Source of the DNA: Eubacteriales bacterium
GTDB taxonomy: Bacteria > Bacillota > Clostridia > Oscillospirales > CAG-272
DNA length: 42,434 bases
NCBI GenBank assembly: GCA_045588595.1
Contig: JAZNEM010000024.1
Coordinates: 1-42,434 of the forward strand
Direction of reading: 5' to 3'
The notes under the pieces are model-generated. The model had not been told where the DNA came from. It did not search any database and saw only the letters and a list, made by a program, of their open reading frames with translations. Made by a program: the position numbers and the translations under genes. Below are positions 37,630 to 42,434 of the stretch, in pieces (the first letter of the stretch is position 1; every line of letters begins with the position of its first letter).

Positions 37630-38544
37630 ATGAAAACCAAAATAACGACAACGCTCTTGCTTTTGCTGACCGCTATGATATGGGGCTTTGCGTTCGTTGC
37701 GCAGGTAGACGGCGTGGAACATATCGGCTCGTTTGCGATAAACGGAATACGTTACCCTATAGGCGTTATATCTCTCTTACCCGTTGTTCTGTTTTTTGAA
37801 CGTGGAAAAACAGACAAAGCAGAGCGCATGCGCACAGTAATAGCATCAATAATAGCGGGAACTATACTTTTTGGCGCGTCAACACTTCAACAGCTTGGAA
37901 TAGAATACACCAGAAGCGCGGGAGTAGCAGGCTTTATAACGGGACTTTATACCGTTCTCGTGCCTATCGGCTGCTTTTTGATATTCAGGCATAAAACAGG
38001 AATCAACGTATGGATAGGCGCGATACTTGCCGTAACAGGACTTTTTTTGCTTTGCTATCGAATAGGAGACGGAATCACATTTGGTATAGGAGAGCTTTTG
38101 CTCCTGCTTGGCGCATTTCTATGGACGGCTCACGTTATAGTCATTGACAGACTTGGAAAGAGTATACGTTCACTCCATTTTGCTTTAGGACAATTTTCAG
38201 TATGCTCGGTGTTTAGCGTGATTTTTATGCTTATCTTTGACCGTCCGACGTTAGACGGTGTAATTGGCGCAAAATGGGCACTCCTTTATTGCGGAGTTCT
38301 TTCCGTGGGTGTAGCATATACCTTGCAGATAGTGGCGCAGAAAAAAGCCGATCCGACCTTTGCGGCGATACTGTTGTCGACCGAATCGGTGTTCAGCGGT
38401 ATAGGCGGTTCTATATTCGGGATCGACAGTATCTCGTGGCTTGGATATATAGGTTGTGCTGTAATGTTTGCAGGGATAGTAATATCTCAATTACCAACAC
38501 GTAAACAGAGTAAAGATAATAACAGCGAGCCTAAAAAAGAATAA
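37630..38544 (+). CDS. DMT-superfamily transporter (EamA-like, 10 TM)
   Basis: Two EamA-type repeats. The N-terminal LLLLLTAMIWGFAFVAQ segment is typical of the family. Confidence 0.83.
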   Translation: MKTKITTTLLLLLTAMIWGFAFVAQVDGVEHIGSFAINGIRYPIGVISLLPVVLFFERGKTDKAERMRTVIASIIAGTILFGASTLQQLGIEYTRSAGVAGFITGLYTVLVPIGCFLIFRHKTGINVWIGAILAVTGLFLLCYRIGDGITFGIGELLLLLGAFLWTAHVIVIDRLGKSIRSLHFALGQFSVCSVFSVIFMLIFDRPTLDGVIGAKWALLYCGVLSVGVAYTLQIVAQKKADPTFAAILLSTESVFSGIGGSIFGIDSISWLGYIGCAVMFAGIVISQLPTRKQSKDNNSEPKKE

Positions 38545-38580
38545 AGATATATCATTCGGTCAAACATAACCTTGGAGGTG

Positions 38581-38685
38581 ATGGCGTTGACCGACAAGAA
38601 AAGAGAATTTTTGCTTGGGTTTTCAGCGGGTTTGTGCGTCTTGGGCGCATTTGCCGCTATACTTCTCGTTATATTTCTGTTTTGA
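38581..38685 (+). CDS. Candidate 34-aa membrane peptide (below the ORF-track size cutoff)
   Basis: GGAGG at 38574-38578 precedes ATG 38581. The peptide is MALTDKKREFLLGFSAGLCVLGAFAAILLVIFLF*. Its TGA stop is embedded in the SD (GAGGAG) of the next gene. Confidence 0.35.
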   Translation: MALTDKKREFLLGFSAGLCVLGAFAAILLVIFLF

Positions 38686-38694
38686 GGAGAACTT

Positions 38695-39405
38695 ATGAGA
38701 CTTGATAAATTTTTGACTTCAAACGGCTGTTGTTCTCGTACCGAGGCTAAACGCGCAGTAAGAGCTGGAGCGGTACTCGTAAACGGAGTCGTGCCTAAAA
38801 GCTCGGACGTATCCGTTGAGCCCGAAACGGATAGGATAGTGTTTCAAGGCAAGCATATAGTATATAGAAAATACGTTTATATCATGCTTAATAAACCCGA
38901 GGGATACGTTAGCGCTACCGAGGACGGACGTGATAAGACCGTGCTTGACCTTTTGCCCCAAGATGCCTTACGTCCGGGACTTTTTCCTTGCGGAAGACTT
39001 GATAAAAACACGATCGGACTCATGCTCATAACCGATGACGGTGATCTTGCGCATAAGCTTTTAGCTCCCAAAAGCCACGTCAGTAAGACCTATCGCTTTA
39101 AATCCAAATTTCCGATGTCTTATGCGGACGCGGAACGCTTTGCGGACGGAGTCACACTTGAGGACGGATACGTTACCTTGCCCGCAAAGATCGAGCTTGA
39201 CGACGATCAGATGGGAGGATATATTACACTTACCGAGGGCAAGTATCATCAAATAAAGCGAATGCTTGAGGCTCTTGATAATAAGATAACCTATCTTGAG
39301 CGAATAACCTTTGGAAATCTTGTTCTTGACAAAAATCTTGAACGAGGAGAATGGCGATATCTTACAAATGAAGAAATAGTCGGACTCAGATCCGACAGAA
39401 AATAA
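38695..39405 (+). CDS. RsuA/RluB-family pseudouridine synthase with an N-terminal S4 domain
   Basis: MRLDKFL...V.VNG S4 domain, the catalytic GRLDKNTIGLMLITDDG motif, and the YHQIKRM motif. Confidence 0.9.
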   Translation: MRLDKFLTSNGCCSRTEAKRAVRAGAVLVNGVVPKSSDVSVEPETDRIVFQGKHIVYRKYVYIMLNKPEGYVSATEDGRDKTVLDLLPQDALRPGLFPCGRLDKNTIGLMLITDDGDLAHKLLAPKSHVSKTYRFKSKFPMSYADAERFADGVTLEDGYVTLPAKIELDDDQMGGYITLTEGKYHQIKRMLEALDNKITYLERITFGNLVLDKNLERGEWRYLTNEEIVGLRSDRK

Positions 39406-39423
39406 ATATTTACGGAGAAACAT

Positions 39424-41583
39424 ATGGACATTATTCAAAAATTAGCGGAAGAATTCAAATTAAAAATCGAGCAGGTCGAGAAAACGGTCGAGCTTATCGA
39501 CGCGGGAAACACTATTCCTTTTATAGCTCGTTACCGTAAGGAAGAAACGGGAAGCCTTGACGATACCGTTCTTCGTGATCTTGACGATCGCCTTACTTAT
39601 TTGAGAAACATCGAAAAACGTAAGGAAGAGGTATCAAACCTTATTACCGAAATGGGCAAAATGACCGACGAAATAGCGGCGGCAATACAAAACGCTCAAA
39701 CTATAACCGAGGTAGACGATATATACAGACCCTTCCGACCTCACCGTAAAACGAGAGCGTCTGTTGCAAAGGAAAAGGGACTTGAGCCGCTTGCCGAGCT
39801 TATACTCGCACAGGAGGACAAATATGAGCCCTCTATCGAAGAGCAGGCAGAGACGTATATAAACGAAGAGCTTGGCGTAGCAAGTGCAGAGGAAGCTCTT
39901 GCGGGTGCGTGCGATATTATCGCTGAAGCTGTTTCCGATAACGCTGATTACAGAAAGACCGTCAGAAAAGCGACTTTTGATACAGGTATGCTTACTACAA
40001 AAAACACAAAGGACGAGGATTCGGTATATTCTCAATATTACGAGTACTCCGATAAGATAAATAAGATACCGTCTCATAGAATACTTGCTATAAACCGCGG
40101 AGAAAAGGAAGAATTCTTAAAGGTCAGCATAAGCGTAGAAAAGGGTATCATACTTAATTTTCTTTGCAACGAAATGATAACTTCGCCCCAAAGTCCCGCG
40201 GCACGTTATATAGAAAGCGCGGTTATCGATAGCTACGACCGACTTATAGCTCCGTCTATTGAGCGTGAGATACGTAACGACCTCTTTGATACGGCAAGTG
40301 AGGGAGCAATAAAGCTCTTCTCCGATAACTTGAAGCAATTGCTCATGCAGTCGCCGCTTAAGGGCAAGACCGTGCTTGGATTTGACCCAGGTTACATTAA
40401 CGGTTGTAAGACTGCCGTAGTTGATAAAACGGGTAAGGTGCTAGATACTGCTGTCGTGTATCCTACCACGAAATCTAAATTCAAGACCGAGGAAGCGGCA
40501 CGCATTATCAAGAAGATGGTAGAGAAGTATAAGGTCGACGTTATCGCGATAGGCAACGGTACTGCTTCGCGTGAGAGTGAATTGTTTATCGCAGATACAC
40601 TTAAAAGCGTAAATTACGATTGCAAGTACATTATTATAAGTGAGGCGGGCGCTTCGGTCTATTCCGCTTCAAAGCTTGCGGCAGATGAATTTCCCGACTT
40701 TGACGTTATGCAACGTTCAGCTGTTTCTATCGCAAGGAGATTGCAAGACCCGCTTGCAGAGCTTGTAAAGATAGATCCTAAATCAATAGGAGTCGGTCAG
40801 TATCAGCACGATATGAAGCCTGCAAGGCTTGACGGTGCGCTTCAGGGTGTCGTTGAGGACTGCGTAAACGCAGTTGGTGTAGACGTTAATACCGCATCTC
40901 ATTCTTTGCTTTCCTATATTTCGGGAATAAACGCTACGAGCGCAAAGAATATAGTAAAATACAGAGAGGAGAACGGAGAGTTCAAATCTCGAGCTGCCAT
41001 CCTAAAAGTTCCGCGCGTAGGAGCAAAAGCATTTGAGCAGTGCGCAGGATTTTTGCGTGTACCTCAATCCAAAGAGATACTTGATAATACGGGAGTTCAC
41101 CCCGAATCTTACGAGGCGGCACATAAACTTCTTTCTATGTTTGGATATACCGAGGCAGATGTTGCAAACGGAAAGCTTGAGGATTTACGAGAAAAGGTAA
41201 AAGAAAAGGGAACTGCCGAAGTTTGCGAAGCTTGCGGAGTTGGAGCTCCCACTCTTAACGATATCATTACCGAACTGTTGAAACCGGGAAGAGATGTTCG
41301 CGATAGCCTTCCGCCTCCCGTTCTCCGTGAAGATGTTATGAGCATGGAAGATCTTAAACCCGACATGATACTTAACGGAATAGTCAGAAATGTAATAGAT
41401 TTCGGTGCTTTCGTAGATATCGGTGTGCATCAAGACGGACTCGTTCATATATCCGAAATATCGGATCGCTTTATTCGCCATCCGTCCGAGGTATTATCAG
41501 TAAACGATCACGTAAAAGTAAGAGTTCTTTCTGTTGACCTAAAGAAGAAAAGAATAGGTCTTTCAATGAAAGGCATCAAGTGA
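39424..41583 (+). CDS. tex: Tex-like transcription accessory protein (YqgF/HhH/S1 domains)
   Basis: The N-terminal NTIPFIARYRKE motif, a YqgF-like core, and a C-terminal S1 domain (G.V....DFGAFVDIGVHQDGLVHISE). Confidence 0.94.
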   Translation: MDIIQKLAEEFKLKIEQVEKTVELIDAGNTIPFIARYRKEETGSLDDTVLRDLDDRLTYLRNIEKRKEEVSNLITEMGKMTDEIAAAIQNAQTITEVDDIYRPFRPHRKTRASVAKEKGLEPLAELILAQEDKYEPSIEEQAETYINEELGVASAEEALAGACDIIAEAVSDNADYRKTVRKATFDTGMLTTKNTKDEDSVYSQYYEYSDKINKIPSHRILAINRGEKEEFLKVSISVEKGIILNFLCNEMITSPQSPAARYIESAVIDSYDRLIAPSIEREIRNDLFDTASEGAIKLFSDNLKQLLMQSPLKGKTVLGFDPGYINGCKTAVVDKTGKVLDTAVVYPTTKSKFKTEEAARIIKKMVEKYKVDVIAIGNGTASRESELFIADTLKSVNYDCKYIIISEAGASVYSASKLAADEFPDFDVMQRSAVSIARRLQDPLAELVKIDPKSIGVGQYQHDMKPARLDGALQGVVEDCVNAVGVDVNTASHSLLSYISGINATSAKNIVKYREENGEFKSRAAILKVPRVGAKAFEQCAGFLRVPQSKEILDNTGVHPESYEAAHKLLSMFGYTEADVANGKLEDLREKVKEKGTAEVCEACGVGAPTLNDIITELLKPGRDVRDSLPPPVLREDVMSMEDLKPDMILNGIVRNVIDFGAFVDIGVHQDGLVHISEISDRFIRHPSEVLSVNDHVKVRVLSVDLKKKRIGLSMKGIK

Positions 41584-41715
41584 TTTTAATATATTAAAAA
41601 GCAAAAAATCTCCAAAATAGTAAAATTCACACAAAAAACATGCTTTTTGTGTAACATGCACAAATAACAATATAAAATTTTGGGGATTTACCCTCTTCCA
41701 TTTTTGCTAAAAATT

Positions 41716-41724
41716 TGGTACAAT
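41716..41724 (+). promoter_or_regulatory. Possible extended -10 promoter element for the ABC ATPase gene
   Basis: TGgTACAAT. No convincing -35 at 17-nt spacing. Confidence 0.35.
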
Positions 41725-41792
41725 ATTAAGGTAATAAGTGTGAAAATTTGACTTGATTTAAACACGATAATTATTTGAGAGGAGTTTCCAAA

Positions 41793-42434
41793 ATGGCAAG
41801 TTTATCACTCAGACACATCTATAAGAAATATCCGGGCGGCGTAACCGCGGTTTCGGACTTCAACCTTGAAGTAAAAGATAAGGAATTTCTCGTTCTTGTC
41901 GGACCTTCCGGATGCGGTAAAACAACCACGCTCCGTATGATCGCAGGACTTGAAGAAATTACCGAGGGCGAACTCTTTATCGGCGATCAGTTGGTAAATG
42001 ACGTTGCTCCTAAGGACAGACAGATCGCGATGGTTTTCCAGAACTACGCTCTGTATCCTCATATGTCCGTATTTGAGAATATGTCTTTCGGACTTAAGCT
42101 CAACAAGACTCCCAAGGAAGTTATCAAGCGCCGCGTTGAAGAGGCTGCAAGAATCCTCGACATCACCCACCTTCTTGACAGAAAGCCTAAGGCTCTTTCC
42201 GGTGGTCAGAAGCAGCGTGTTGCTCTCGGTCGTGCAATCGTTCGTGAGCCTAAGGTATTCCTTTTGGACGAGCCGCTTTCTAACCTTGACGCAAAGCTTC
42301 GTGCAGCCATGAGAACCGAGCTTACCAAGCTCCATAAGCGTGTTGGAACTACGTTCGTATACGTAACGCACGATCAGGTCGAGGCTATGACCATGGCAAC
42401 GAGAATCGTTGTTATGAAGGACGGTCTTATTCAG
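41793..42434 (+). CDS. Sugar-type ABC transporter ATP-binding protein (MsmX/UgpC/MalK-like), 5' part; runs off the window end
   Basis: Not in the ORF track because it has no stop. The translation [16 protein letters not shown]...[19 protein letters not shown]...[16 protein letters not shown]...[12 protein letters not shown] contains the Walker A, Q-loop, signature and Walker B motifs. SD GAGGAG at 41779-41784. Confidence 0.92.
   Translation, partial: MASLSLRHIYKKYPGGVTAVSDFNLEVKDKEFLVLVGPSGCGKTTTLRMIAGLEEITEGELFIGDQLVNDVAPKDRQIAMVFQNYALYPHMSVFENMSFGLKLNKTPKEVIKRRVEEAARILDITHLLDRKPKALSGGQKQRVALGRAIVREPKVFLLDEPLSNLDAKLRAAMRTELTKLHKRVGTTFVYVTHDQVEAMTMATRIVVMKDGLIQ

Noticed and set aside
41629-41652. 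An AU-rich hairpin (ACACAAAAA / TTTTTGTGT) downstream of tex as a terminator, and TGTGAAAATTTGAC in the ABC ATPase leader as a cre site.
   Set aside because: The hairpin stem is nearly all A-U and has no following U-tract. The cre-like sequence lacks the central CG of the consensus.
41805-42371. A 188-aa minus-strand ORF, the only ORF the track reports in this region.
   Set aside because: The + strand frame starting at 41793 encodes an unmistakable ABC ATPase (Walker A, signature and Walker B motifs). It is missing from the track only because it runs off the window without a stop.
1-42434. A whole-window scan for CRISPR repeats, tRNA/rRNA genes, IS elements, prophage or integrase genes, toxin-antitoxin pairs and known defence-system signatures.
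   Set aside because: I saw no spaced direct repeats, no cloverleaf-like or rRNA-like segments in the intergenic regions (the largest are about 260 nt), and no transposase, integrase, recombinase or nuclease-helicase type ORFs. The window appears to be core chromosome apart from the 25.2-32.5 kb envelope-related block.

Overview
This window looks like a mostly housekeeping chromosome segment from a low-GC, spore-forming Firmicute, probably a member of the Clostridia. That placement is an inference from gene content: a GlgD-type glycogen operon, the Bacillus-like yabM-mazG-yabO-yabP-yabQ-divIC cluster, and membrane-bound CdaA. I call about 38 coding regions, and all but two are on the + strand. 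In order they are: cdaA, a 71-aa membrane protein, an FAD-dependent dehydrogenase, recJ, rel, dtd, a hemZ-like radical SAM gene, a uridine-kinase-family gene, a SpoVB/MurJ-type flippase, mazG, hup, the S4-domain gene yabO/rqcP, yabP, yabQ, divIC, a glycogen operon (glgB-like, glgC, glgD, glgA, glgP, GH13 hydrolase, small ORF), a 770-aa polytopic membrane protein, yfiH/pgeF, tadA, a lipoprotein and a GT-C-like membrane protein (both on the - strand), rsmE, a PucR-type regulator, an S41 Ctp protease, greA, an anchored hypothetical, a DMT transporter, a candidate 34-aa peptide, an RsuA-family pseudouridine synthase, tex, and the 5' part of an MsmX/UgpC-like ABC ATPase. Seven near-perfect sigma-A promoters (TTGACA/TTGAAA-N17-TATAAT) and several intrinsic terminators can be read directly from the sequence. 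I saw no rRNA, tRNA, CRISPR array, transposase or integrase, and no recognisable defence island. I cannot point to an unambiguous new multi-gene system. The best candidates for a second look are: (i) the glgB homologue at the head of the glycogen operon, which has lost the GH13 catalytic signature; (ii) the accessory-looking block at 25.2-32.5 kb, with two GT-C-like membrane proteins, a beta-rich lipoprotein and a small operon-terminal ORF; (iii) a TM-only gene in the position of cdaR after cdaA; and (iv) a structured intergenic element at 79-230. All family assignments rest on motif recognition by eye, because no database search was possible.
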